DNA of 64,000 bases from an uncultured Granulicatella sp. (GCA_963523795.1 CAURER010000006.1:218-64217), one strand, 5' to 3'; positions 34,375 through 43,229 are shown, numbered from the stretch's first letter. Translations and numbers: made by a program. Notes: a model not told the origin generated them from the sequence alone.

Positions 34375-34490
34375 AAAAAAGGCACCCCATACGGAGTGCC
34401 GTCAATAAATAGTCGGACGGAGTCGCACCGCCATCTCCTCTCTATTACTAGAAAGGCGTCTTCCTTCTTGGACAACCGCCCTATTTATTA
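34375..34490 (-). ncRNA. Candidate structured RNA (GC-rich long hairpin plus intrinsic terminator), class unknown
   Basis: Minus strand: possible promoter TTGTAA-17-TAATAA directly after the stop of the 406-aa gene. Closing stem AUAGGGCGG / CCGUCCGACUAU. Apical UUUCUA-GUAA-UAGAGA (GNRA loop). Terminator GGCACUCC-GUAU-GGGGUGCC plus U7, where the wobble is valid only on the minus strand. Confidence 0.45.
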
Positions 34491-34517
34491 CTTTGATTGT
34501 ACTATATTTACAACCTA

Positions 34518-35738
34518 TTAGTAAATCACATATTCACGTTTTCTTTGGAAATATAACTTCGCATCAGCTTTTGGTGTAATTTTTGCTGAGAAAACTTCTT
34601 CTTTCTTATTCAAATCAAATACTCGAAGTGCATTTTGACCTTGATCAAGTCCGACATAGACAAATGTATCATTATTTAAAAGTTCTTCTGCAGAATATGG
34701 ATCACGTTGAAGTGTGCCAATTTTTTCTAAAGATAAGTCTGCTGTAACACGATAAACTGTTTCTAATTCTGCTTGACGGTCTTTCGTTGCAATATATTCC
34801 GGACGTTCAACCGCATGGTCTCTTCCTGATTTTCTGCCGCTTACTCTTGGATGAGTCGTTTCTACTGCATAAATTTGAGAACCTGAAATATAGAAGTTTG
34901 CTGTATTATTTAGTGAACTAATATCCAACTTACGAAATGCATTGGTAAATAAATCATATTGATAATACTCATCTTTCTCTGGTTTTTCAGAAGATTTTCC
35001 CCCTTCTTTTGTAGGAAGTACATTAAACACAATTGTTTCTGGATTATAAGAACGATTCCCAAATGCTGCATTGAAGAGTAAACCATCTTTTTCAAGTGTT
35101 AATTCTCCCACATCTTTCACAGTACCTTCTTCAAAAGATAAAATAAATTTCACGAATTTTCTTTCACTCGATTTTCTTTCTACAAAAGGAATAATGACTC
35201 CTAATTCTTTTCCCTTACGTTGGAAGATTGGTTCTTCTCCCCAGCCAAATGATGAATCTAAATGAATTGGAATTTGTTTTTCAATGATTCGTTTATTTTC
35301 ATTCGAGTACATCGCATAATTAAATGTAAAGTCTCCAGTATTACTAAAATATGAAGCCCAATGAATATCATAAAATAGTGAAGAATTGTCTAATTGTAAT
35401 ACATGTCTATGACCGACAAGTAATGAACGTTCTAAAAGAGGAATACGACTTAATATCGCTTGTTCTCTCGCTTGCCCATTCCAAGTTCCTAATGTTTGGA
35501 ATAGTTTTTTCACTTTTCCATCCACAATGGCTGATGTCGAAACACTATTACTGATTTTTCCTGCGCCTTCTTTTCCAACTTCAAAAACTGTCCCTTTTAA
35601 ATATTGATTACCTTCTGCTGAAGTTTCTATGGTGTAAGGAGCATCTGACATTGAAGTCCAAACCATATTCCCAATTCCTAAAACTAGAAAACCAACAACA
35701 ATTACGAGTAATCCCCATGCAAATTTAATTGATTTCAT
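34518..35738 (-). CDS. Membrane-anchored extracytoplasmic protein, unknown function (last gene of the YtrA-type operon)
   Basis: Start reset to ATG 35738 (SD GGGGTGA). N-terminal TM FAWGLLVIVVGFLVLGIG, then about 380 aa predicted outside. No family recognised. Confidence 0.6.
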   Translation of the reverse strand: MKSIKFAWGLLVIVVGFLVLGIGNMVWTSMSDAPYTIETSAEGNQYLKGTVFEVGKEGAGKISNSVSTSAIVDGKVKKLFQTLGTWNGQAREQAILSRIPLLERSLLVGHRHVLQLDNSSLFYDIHWASYFSNTGDFTFNYAMYSNENKRIIEKQIPIHLDSSFGWGEEPIFQRKGKELGVIIPFVERKSSERKFVKFILSFEEGTVKDVGELTLEKDGLLFNAAFGNRSYNPETIVFNVLPTKEGGKSSEKPEKDEYYQYDLFTNAFRKLDISSLNNTANFYISGSQIYAVETTHPRVSGRKSGRDHAVERPEYIATKDRQAELETVYRVTADLSLEKIGTLQRDPYSAEELLNNDTFVYVGLDQGQNALRVFDLNKKEEVFSAKITPKADAKLYFQRKREYVIY

Positions 35739-35751
35739 ATGCTCACCCCCA

Positions 35752-36546
35752 TTAAACACTGACCTTATGTTCTAATAAATAATAATCGACTAACCAATGA
35801 ATGCCCATAAATCCAACTGCATAAGACATTGTCATAAAATATTGTTCCGTTTGAGTAAGAGATAAATGCAGCATCAATTGAACATAACTTGCTAAAATAC
35901 CACAGCAAATAACAAAGTATCCCACTAAAGACGCCACCATCAAAGCCCAACCATACGCTTTCAATCCTTCTTCTAAAATGGCTAATTGGAAGAAGAAAAC
36001 AATGACAACCATTAAAAATGCCATACAATACAAATAGGCAGTTCCATTTAACGGTAATAAATATTGTAACATTGAACCCGAATTCAAGAAGTCCGTGTAA
36101 TGAATATGGTCTGCTAAAACTGGAAATCTCCAAAGCAATAGCGCCTTATTCACTCCAAGAATCATAAATTGTGTTATTTGAAGTACTAAAATGTAAGATA
36201 AAATCGTTAAGAATTTTGCAAAATACACTTGCATTCGATTACCAGGTAAAATGAATAATCGATTAATAAAATTCCCCTTACTACGAAATTCTTTTACCCA
36301 AATATAAACAGAAGCAATGATAATAATGATAAAGGCTGCCATCAGCGCTAAATTCATTCCCAATCTTGATTGCACTAAATCCGTCACACTTCTTGTATCT
36401 TCGACATTTATATTTTTAGGATCTATTCTTAAAATTCGAATCAGATGAACTAATACCTGTATTACAAAGAATACAATCGTTAGAAATCCTAACATAAATT
36501 TACTTTTTCCCAACTCATACAACCATAAATTAAAAGTCTTTTTCAT
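35752..36546 (-). CDS. Multi-TM membrane protein (putative permease partner of the ABC ATPase)
   Basis: 264 aa, about 6 TM. Overlaps the ATPase stop by 4 nt. Confidence 0.65.
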   Translation of the reverse strand: MKKTFNLWLYELGKSKFMLGFLTIVFFVIQVLVHLIRILRIDPKNINVEDTRSVTDLVQSRLGMNLALMAAFIIIIIASVYIWVKEFRSKGNFINRLFILPGNRMQVYFAKFLTILSYILVLQITQFMILGVNKALLLWRFPVLADHIHYTDFLNSGSMLQYLLPLNGTAYLYCMAFLMVVIVFFFQLAILEEGLKAYGWALMVASLVGYFVICCGILASYVQLMLHLSLTQTEQYFMTMSYAVGFMGIHWLVDYYLLEHKVSV

Positions 36547-37232
36547 GATTGATACACCTCCCTCATCACATCTACAATGGATTTACCTTCTTCTTCACGC
36601 ACTTGTTCTGCGTAAAATTCTTTAATTACTTTTCCTTCATCTAATAAGATGGCTTTATCAACAATATATTCAATATCTTCAATTTCATGCGAGGTTAAGA
36701 TAATTCCAATTCCCTCTAATAAATCTGAAGTAAATAATTGTACAATTTGTTCTCTTGAAAAAATATCAATTCCAGAAAATGGTTCATCCATTAATACGAA
36801 ATCAACATCTAGGGATAAGCCTAATAACAAGTTAACTTTTGCAACATTTCCTTTTGATAATTGTTGAATCACTTCATTCCCTTTGAATTTGAAGAAATGT
36901 AATAATTTTTTAGCTTTCTCATCATTCCAATTCGGATAAAAAGTTCTCATAAAAGCCATCGCTTCAAAAATCGTTTCGCCCTTATTCACAACAATTTGAT
37001 CACAAATGTAAGCTAACTTCTTCGAGCGATCCCCTTTGATCACCTGTCCATCAATACTTACTTCCCCTTTTTGGATCGGAATTAACCCCATGATCATATT
37101 CATAATCGTTGTTTTCCCAATCCCATTCACTCCGATTAATACGGTAATTTCTCCACGTTCTGCTGTGAAAGAAATTCCATTTAACACCGCTTTGTTGCCA
37201 AATCTCTTATGTAAATGTTTCACTTCTAACAT
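36543..37232 (-). CDS. ABC transporter ATP-binding protein
   Basis: 229 aa. Walker A GVNGIGKTT, signature LSKGNVAK, Walker B FVLMDEPFSGID. Confidence 0.88.
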   Translation of the reverse strand: MLEVKHLHKRFGNKAVLNGISFTAERGEITVLIGVNGIGKTTIMNMIMGLIPIQKGEVSIDGQVIKGDRSKKLAYICDQIVVNKGETIFEAMAFMRTFYPNWNDEKAKKLLHFFKFKGNEVIQQLSKGNVAKVNLLLGLSLDVDFVLMDEPFSGIDIFSREQIVQLFTSDLLEGIGIILTSHEIEDIEYIVDKAILLDEGKVIKEFYAEQVREEEGKSIVDVMREVYQS

Positions 37233-37233
37233 G

Positions 37234-37605
37234 CTACTCTCCCTCTCTTCTCTTCATCGCTTGTTCCAACTGTTCCATGACTTCCTCGTTCGAAACATGT
37301 AATGGATAAATCGAATCTGCAAAAATTTGTATTGCTTCTTGTAACATTTCTTGCTTTAATTGCCCAATTAATTGGGGATTGTCTGTCACTCGACTCATGA
37401 CATTATTTCCTGTTGAAATCAACCCCATCTCCTCCATTTCTCGAAATGCCCTTTGAACAGTATTCGGATTGACTTGCAGTTGACTAGCAAATTCTCTTCG
37501 ACTGGGCAATTCTTTTCCTAATTCCCATTCACCCGATACAATTTGCTTTTTAACATAGTCAATAATCTGTTCATATACCGGCAATCGTTTATCAAATTGG
37601 ATCAT
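37234..37605 (-). CDS. GntR family transcriptional regulator, YtrA subfamily
   Basis: 123 aa. Winged HTH LPSRREFASQLQVNPNTVQRAFREME plus a short C-terminal helical tail. First gene of a regulator-ABC operon. Confidence 0.85.
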   Translation of the reverse strand: MIQFDKRLPVYEQIIDYVKKQIVSGEWELGKELPSRREFASQLQVNPNTVQRAFREMEEMGLISTGNNVMSRVTDNPQLIGQLKQEMLQEAIQIFADSIYPLHVSNEEVMEQLEQAMKRREGE

Positions 37606-37635
37606 AACATTTCATCCCCTCCTTGTACTATTGTG

Positions 37636-37647
37636 TTAATGCATTAA
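37636..37647. promoter_or_regulatory. Perfect 12-bp palindrome TTAATGCATTAA; candidate YtrA-type operator
   Basis: Lies between the minus-strand promoter (TTGACG-18-TATAAT, comp. 37669-37698) and SD AAGGAGGGG of the GntR gene. Flanked by GTG/CAC extensions. Confidence 0.5.
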
Positions 37648-37792
37648 TACACTTTGTTCCTTGACTGTATTATACGCTTGATACACTCATTTCGTCAATC
37701 ATTTTTTGAAAACATTTTAAAAAAATCCGAAAAATTCTTTTGCGAGCTGCTTTTTGTGATAGATTTGTCGATTGGATAGCGATTTTGACAAT

Positions 37793-37829
37793 AAAAAAAC
37801 TTTAGACAGGAAATTCCCATCTAAAGTTT
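37793..37829 (-). terminator. Intrinsic terminator after the tautomerase gene
   Basis: ACTTTAGA / TCTAAAGT stem. The A-run 37793-37799 gives the U-tail on the minus strand. Confidence 0.75.
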
Positions 37830-37839
37830 CCACTAGGCA

Positions 37840-38019
37840 TTAGCCACGTAGTTGACCGTTTTGCCCTAAGTTTTCATGTTTGATTTCTTGAATAATAATG
37901 TGAATATGTTCTGTAGGAGCGCCCGTGTTTTTCGAAACAACTTCTGTTACTTCTTTGACAAGCACTTCTTTTTGTTCACGTGTACGTCCTTCTAACATTT
38001 CAATATGAATAAATGGCAT
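37840..38019 (-). CDS. 4-oxalocrotonate tautomerase family enzyme (59 aa; below ORF-track cutoff)
   Basis: My translation is MPFIHIEMLEGRTREQKEVLVKEVTEVVSKNTGAPTEHIHIIIQEIKHENLGQNGQLRG. It has catalytic Pro-1 after Met and the family-typical pattern. SD AAGGAGGGA. Confidence 0.85.
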   Translation of the reverse strand: MPFIHIEMLEGRTREQKEVLVKEVTEVVSKNTGAPTEHIHIIIQEIKHENLGQNGQLRG

Positions 38020-38053
38020 GGCTATCCCTCCTTATTGTAAGAATAGTATACGC

Positions 38054-38581
38054 CTATACTCGATATTTCTCAATGATCTGTTGCATGGTTTTATTACGAA
38101 ACAGCACATATAAAATCACAGTGTTTAACGGTAAACTGATGATATTTTTCAAAATTCGAATTCCCATAAAGGCTGAAAAAGCTTTTTGCGTCATTATATA
38201 AATCCATAAAGAATTCAATCCAAGATTAATAACTAGCGTAATGATGAATACTGTTACAAAAATACGTGGAAGTGTTAATTTTTTACGATACAAGCAATAA
38301 CCGTAAATTAATCCTCCTAAGACAGCTGTTAAAGTAAATCCAGGGAAAAAGTTACTTGCTTCCCCTCTTAGAAAGTTCCCTAAAATATCTACAAAAAATC
38401 CTACTACAGCTGCTCGATAAGGACCTAAAATTACCCCAGCAAGCGCTGCTCCGATAAATCCGAATCCGATTTGAACAAGATTCCCCATTTTAATCGATGG
38501 AATCATTTCAATGATTAAACGCATGGCAATCATTAATGCGGTTACCGTTAATGTTTGTGTTAATGGTGTTTGTTTTTTCAT
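38054..38581 (-). CDS. folT: ECF transporter S component, folate family
   Basis: 175 aa, 5-6 TM, immediately downstream of a THF riboswitch. Confidence 0.75.
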   Translation of the reverse strand: MKKQTPLTQTLTVTALMIAMRLIIEMIPSIKMGNLVQIGFGFIGAALAGVILGPYRAAVVGFFVDILGNFLRGEASNFFPGFTLTAVLGGLIYGYCLYRKKLTLPRIFVTVFIITLVINLGLNSLWIYIMTQKAFSAFMGIRILKNIISLPLNTVILYVLFRNKTMQQIIEKYRV

Positions 38582-38644
38582 ATTAGCATCTCCTTTTATC
38601 TGTCATAAAGAGCTGCTCCATTTAATAAATGGTCTGTCATTAAA

Positions 38645-38742
38645 TGCAGCGAATGCGAATACACTACCGCAAAGAATTCTCTTTTTCGTCCAATCGGCAA
38701 CATCCCATCCGTTTGGCACTTAACGCAATGTATTCTACTCTG
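38645..38742 (-). promoter_or_regulatory. THF (tetrahydrofolate) riboswitch
   Basis: Minus strand: CAGAGUAGAAUACAUUGCGUUAAGUGCCAAACGGAUGGGAUGUUGCCGAUUGGACGAAAAAGAGAAUUCUUUGCGGUAGUGUAUUCGCAUUCGCUG. It shares the conserved blocks GAGUAG, GCGUUAAGUG, AUGGGAUGU, ACGAA, GCGGU and CGCAUUCGCU with the folT-motif consensus. Downstream, CUCUUU can pair with the SD AAAGGAG. Confidence 0.85.
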
Positions 38743-38895
38743 ATTTGTTTTGGCTTGTCTCTTAAATTGACAAAACCTTTTCCATGCACTCCTTTCTACC
38801 AGAAAATAGCATACCTGTTTTTATATCTGTCGTCAATGAAACTGATACTTCCCTCCATTCAAACTTCTACAATCAATCATTTTTTCTAAAGGGAA

Positions 38896-38924
38896 TTGCT
38901 GAAAAATGCGCTTTCAAGTATAAT
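38896..38924 (+). promoter_or_regulatory. Sigma-A promoter of the AraC-GNAT-YhcG unit
   Basis: TTGCTG (38896-38901), 17 nt, TATAAT (38919-38924). Confidence 0.6.
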
Positions 38925-38952
38925 AACAGTATCAGACAAGGGAGAGTGCACT

Positions 38953-39795
38953 ATGAGTAATGAACGTTATTTAGTTATCGAATCCAATATGAGAAGCTTA
39001 TCTTTTCATTTAGAATCGATTACAAAATCAAAATATGATAGCGATTGGCATAGTACCTTACATTCGCATCCTTTTATGGAATTATTTTATGTATTAGATG
39101 GAAAGGGAGAATTTTTAATTGAAAATCGACGTTTTCCAGTAAAAGCACAAGATTTCGTCATCATTAATCCTCAAGTAGAACATACGGAAGTTTCTTCTCC
39201 AGATTCTCCATTAGAATATATCGTTCTAGGAATTACAGGATTATCCTTCTCCAATTTTTTTAATACTCAAACAAATATTGAACAACCTTTTTCATTTTTC
39301 AACTTACGGGATGAACAAAAGGATATTTTAGTGTACTTAAATGCCATGGTCACTGAGGCCACTAATCATTCCATGAGTTATGAATTAGTTTGTCATAATC
39401 TATTAGAAATATTATTAATTAAAATTCTTAGAAATAAATCGTTTGAAATTGATGTAAGCCCGCTAAATAAAACTACAAAAGATATTAGTCTCATCAAACA
39501 TTATTTAAAAACACATTATCGAGAACAAATTTCTTTACAAGACTTAGCAGACTTAACTCATTTGAGTCGATTTTACATTTCGCATAGTTTTAAAAATGAA
39601 ATGGGGCAAACTCCAATGGAATATTTAACCGATATCCGAATTGAGGAAAGTAAAGTACTGCTTTCTACAACAAATTATTCAATGTCACAAATTGCTTCCA
39701 TTGTAGGATTTTCAACTCAAGCTTATTTTTCAAAACAATTTAAACAAAAACTCGGTATGACTCCACTCGCATACCGTAAATCGCAATTAGAATAA
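38953..39795 (+). CDS. AraC family transcriptional regulator (cupin sensor + HTH)
   Basis: Start reset to ATG 38953 (SD GGGAGAG); the track start 38896 is the promoter -35. C-terminal double HTH ends with YFSKQFKQKLGMTPLAYR. Confidence 0.85.
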   Translation: MSNERYLVIESNMRSLSFHLESITKSKYDSDWHSTLHSHPFMELFYVLDGKGEFLIENRRFPVKAQDFVIINPQVEHTEVSSPDSPLEYIVLGITGLSFSNFFNTQTNIEQPFSFFNLRDEQKDILVYLNAMVTEATNHSMSYELVCHNLLEILLIKILRNKSFEIDVSPLNKTTKDISLIKHYLKTHYREQISLQDLADLTHLSRFYISHSFKNEMGQTPMEYLTDIRIEESKVLLSTTNYSMSQIASIVGFSTQAYFSKQFKQKLGMTPLAYRKSQLE

Positions 39796-39804
39796 GAGGA
39801 AACC

Positions 39805-40380
39805 ATGATACGACAACCACTACCTGAAGAAAGAACGCAAATTATACCACTCATCCAAACGATTATGGAAGATATGGAATTACCAATTTTAACAAAAATT
39901 TCGCCTAGCACCCTTCATACAATGCTAGAAAAAGCCATGCTACAAGAGGACTTTCGCTACAGCTTAACGAATACTTTGGTTTATATCGAACACGGAACTG
40001 TTGCAGGAGCCATCTTTGGATACCATGGGCATCTCGAACCAAAAATTGACGATCCATTTTATCAATTATACGAAGCTTACGATATCCCTTCTTCCATTCG
40101 TCTCTATGAAGATTCTGAAACACAAGCTGGAGAATGGTATATTGATATCCTTTCGGTACATCCAAATCACCGCAGAAAGGGCATTGGAATGAAATTATTA
40201 CAAGCCGTTGAGAGCTTAGCAAAGCAACAAGGTGCTAGTGTCATCGCTCTAAATTGCGAAGAAATCAATCATAAAGCGTATCAGCTCTATCAAAAACTAG
40301 GCTATACGGTAACTAGGACAAAACTATTAAGCGGACATTCTTATTATCATATGACAAAAAAACTGGAGTTGTTAGGATGA
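39805..40380 (+). CDS. GNAT family N-acetyltransferase
   Basis: 191 aa. Acetyl-CoA motif HPNHRRKGIGMKLLQAVE. Confidence 0.82.
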   Translation: MIRQPLPEERTQIIPLIQTIMEDMELPILTKISPSTLHTMLEKAMLQEDFRYSLTNTLVYIEHGTVAGAIFGYHGHLEPKIDDPFYQLYEAYDIPSSIRLYEDSETQAGEWYIDILSVHPNHRRKGIGMKLLQAVESLAKQQGASVIALNCEEINHKAYQLYQKLGYTVTRTKLLSGHSYYHMTKKLELLG

Positions 40381-41450
40381 ATAAAGAAGATTTATCTATT
40401 ATAAAAGATGACGAATATAAAAAATTTTTTTCGATATTAAAAGAAAAAGTTAGAAGCAGTCAGTTAAAAGCAGCTATAAAAGTTAATTATGAATTACTTG
40501 ATTTATATTGGAACTTAGGAAAGGAAATTGTTGAAAAACAAAAACAATATTCTTGGGGTGATAATTTTCTAAAAGTATTAAGCGCTGATTTAAAAGAAGA
40601 ATTTCCAGATATAAAAGGATTTTCACCTGCAAACCTAAAACATATTCGATATTGGTTTAACTTTTATAACGATTTCCTAATAGGGTTACAAGCTGTAACC
40701 CAAAAATCAGATATTGAAACAAAAATAAAAAGTATTCCATGGGGACATAACCAAAGAATTATGTATAAAAGCAAAGATATCAAAGAAGCTTTATTTTATG
40801 TAGATAAGACGATAGAGAACGGATGGAGCAGAAGCGTATTAGAACATCAGATTGATGGGGAATTATATAAAAAACTTGGAAATGCAATTACAAATTTTGA
40901 CAATAGATTACCAGCGCTCCAATCTGAATTAGCCAAACAAACTATAAAAGATCCCTATAATTTTGATTTTCTAACCATACGAGATAAATATGATGAAAGA
41001 GAGTTGGAAGAGGCATTAGTTAATCAAATAACTTCTTTCCTTTTGGAACTGGGTACAGGTTTTTCCTTCATCGGTAAGCAAGTTCATATGAAGGTTGGAG
41101 AAAGTGATTTTTTCATAGATTTACTTTTCTATCATGTTAAACTACACTCCTATATTGTAATAGAATTAAAAACAGAAAAATTTAAACCAGAATTTGCAGG
41201 ACAACTTAATTTTTATGTAACGGCTGTAAATAAAAACATAAAGTCAGATAACGATAACCAAACTATAGGTTTACTCATTTGCAGAGACAAAGATAACATA
41301 GTTGCCGAATATTCGCTTGAAAACATCTCACAGCCAATAGGAATAAGTCAATATGAAATCAGTAAACTACTTGATCAGGAATTCAAAAGTAGTTTACCTT
41401 CTATTGAGGAGATAGAAGCATCTATAAAAAAATTCGATTCAAAATTATAA
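40377..41450 (+). CDS. PDDEXK nuclease-fold protein, YhcG/DUF1016 family
   Basis: 357 aa. WGHNQRIM, ENGWSRSVLEHQI, and a C-terminal FIDLLFYHVKLHSYIVIELKTEKFKPEFAGQLNFY (D...ELK restriction-endonuclease-like core). ATGA overlap with the GNAT stop. Confidence 0.8.
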   Translation: MNKEDLSIIKDDEYKKFFSILKEKVRSSQLKAAIKVNYELLDLYWNLGKEIVEKQKQYSWGDNFLKVLSADLKEEFPDIKGFSPANLKHIRYWFNFYNDFLIGLQAVTQKSDIETKIKSIPWGHNQRIMYKSKDIKEALFYVDKTIENGWSRSVLEHQIDGELYKKLGNAITNFDNRLPALQSELAKQTIKDPYNFDFLTIRDKYDERELEEALVNQITSFLLELGTGFSFIGKQVHMKVGESDFFIDLLFYHVKLHSYIVIELKTEKFKPEFAGQLNFYVTAVNKNIKSDNDNQTIGLLICRDKDNIVAEYSLENISQPIGISQYEISKLLDQEFKSSLPSIEEIEASIKKFDSKL

Positions 41451-41463
41451 CTGAAGATTAACA

Positions 41464-41506
41464 AAATAGAGGTGAGCACTATTATAGTAATCACCTCTAT
41501 TTTAAT
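41464..41506. terminator. Bidirectional terminator between convergent genes
   Basis: AAATAGAGGTGA (41464-41475) pairs with TCACCTCTATTT (41491-41502). Confidence 0.8.
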
Positions 41507-41513
41507 ACTTTTA

Positions 41514-43133
41514 TTATTGCGCACTTGCTTGACGTAAATTAATTGTACGTCCAAATGGTAATACTTCAAAGCCTTTTACATTTTCAGCTAATAAATAACT
41601 TTGAGAAGCTTGGTAAATTGGAGCTATTGCTGCATCATTCATAATAATTTTTTCTGCAGCTAGCATTTGATTCCAACGATTTTCTGGTTGAGTCGCATAA
41701 GTAGATTTCACAGCATCTACTGTTTTATCATATTCAGCATTTGAGTATTTCCCAAAGTTAATACCGCCGCCTGTAATATATTGCTCTAAGAAGTTCAATG
41801 GATCTTGATAATCTGGAGCCCAAGTTCCATAGAAAATATCAAAGTCGCTTGCACGTTGTAATTCTAAACGGTTTTTCAATGGTACAGGTTGTAATTTAAA
41901 GGTTACACCTGGTAAGTTCTTTTGAATTTGCGCTTGTAAATATTCTCCGACAAGTTTTGAAGTACCTGTATCAGAAGTTAATAAAGTAACGGTTACTTCA
42001 CTAACCCCTAATTCTTTTTTCGCTAATTCCCATTCTTTTTGAGCTTCTTGTACATCAAATTTCAAGAAATCACCTGATTCATCTACAAAATCTTTTCCAG
42101 TTGCTTCATTTGTTGCAAAACTTTTTGGAATTAATCCTGTCGTAGGAATTGAACCATCTTTTAAGACATTATTTGTTAATGCTTGTTTGTCATAAGCCAT
42201 CGCAATGGCACGACGGAAGTGTTGATTTGCTGTTGTTGGTTTCAATGTATTAAAATTCATATATCCCATTGTTGCTTTTGGTTGCGCATGGAATGTTGGT
42301 TGAGATTTATATTGATCCACAAATTGGTCACTAATCGTTGTATATTGAACTTGTTTTGAATCAAATAATTGAACAGAAGTTGCTACTTCCTTAGATACAT
42401 TCACTGTTACTTCGTTTAAAGCAACATTGCTAGCATCCCAGTAGTCTGCATTTTTCACTAATTTCCAAGTTAATTCTGAACCTGTCCATCCTTCTAATTT
42501 GAATGGTCCATTTACAACTACATTTGAAACATTTGAACCATATTGGTCCCCTAATTTTTGAGCTACTGCTTCAGATTGTGGTAAGAAACGTGAACCCGTT
42601 AATAATTTTGGTAAATATGGAGCTGGATTTTCAAGCGTAATTTCTAATGTTTTATCATCAAGAGCTTTCACGCCTAATTCTTCCACTGGTAGTTCTCCAC
42701 TACGAATTTTTTTCGCATTTTTGAACACATCCGCTGATTGCGCTACATGCCCTTCTTGTGGATTCACTAATTTACGATATGTAAATACAAAGTCTTGTGC
42801 TTTTACAGCAGAACCATCTGACCATTTTGCATCACGTAATGTGAACGTATAGACTAATCCATCTTCACTCACTTTTGGTTCTTGAGCAGCCATTCCTAAT
42901 TCAACTTTATTATTCGCTGCTACACGATATAATCCTTCAAAAATTTGTCCCATCATATCAGAACTTGGAACATCATCATAATCTGCACTATCTAATGTAG
43001 TTAATTCCCCAAAGGTTGTCATTGTTAAACGATTTGCAGCATTGGTTGAAGTAGATGATGAATTGCTACCACAAGCTGCTAAACCTACCGCCACTAATAA
43101 ACTGGACATTAACATTTTGGTTGTTTTTTTCAT
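41514..43133 (-). CDS. Peptide/oligopeptide ABC transporter substrate-binding lipoprotein (OppA/SBP family 5), orphan
   Basis: Start reset to ATG 43133 (SD AAGGAG). MKKTTKMLMSSLLVAVGLAAC-GS lipobox. No cognate permease or ATPase genes are adjacent. Confidence 0.85.
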   Translation of the reverse strand: MKKTTKMLMSSLLVAVGLAACGSNSSSTSTNAANRLTMTTFGELTTLDSADYDDVPSSDMMGQIFEGLYRVAANNKVELGMAAQEPKVSEDGLVYTFTLRDAKWSDGSAVKAQDFVFTYRKLVNPQEGHVAQSADVFKNAKKIRSGELPVEELGVKALDDKTLEITLENPAPYLPKLLTGSRFLPQSEAVAQKLGDQYGSNVSNVVVNGPFKLEGWTGSELTWKLVKNADYWDASNVALNEVTVNVSKEVATSVQLFDSKQVQYTTISDQFVDQYKSQPTFHAQPKATMGYMNFNTLKPTTANQHFRRAIAMAYDKQALTNNVLKDGSIPTTGLIPKSFATNEATGKDFVDESGDFLKFDVQEAQKEWELAKKELGVSEVTVTLLTSDTGTSKLVGEYLQAQIQKNLPGVTFKLQPVPLKNRLELQRASDFDIFYGTWAPDYQDPLNFLEQYITGGGINFGKYSNAEYDKTVDAVKSTYATQPENRWNQMLAAEKIIMNDAAIAPIYQASQSYLLAENVKGFEVLPFGRTINLRQASAQ

Positions 43134-43229
43134 AACAATTCTCCTTTTCATTTCATTCATCGTTTTCACGATAGAGTTATAGTAACAGATTTTATCCGAT
43201 TTCCCAATTATTCTGCTCAAAATTTTGAA

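Noticed and set aside
34455-34480. Minus-strand GUCCAAGAAGGAAGACGCC resembles the SRP (4.5S) RNA domain IV sequence GUCCGGAAGGAAGCAGCC.
   Set aside because: The stretch lies entirely on the 5' side of the long hairpin rather than around its tip. The loop would be AAGAA rather than GGAA. The conserved 5' AGG / 3' AGCA symmetric-loop residues are absent (AGAC instead of AGCA). The actual tip of the fold is a GUAA loop elsewhere.
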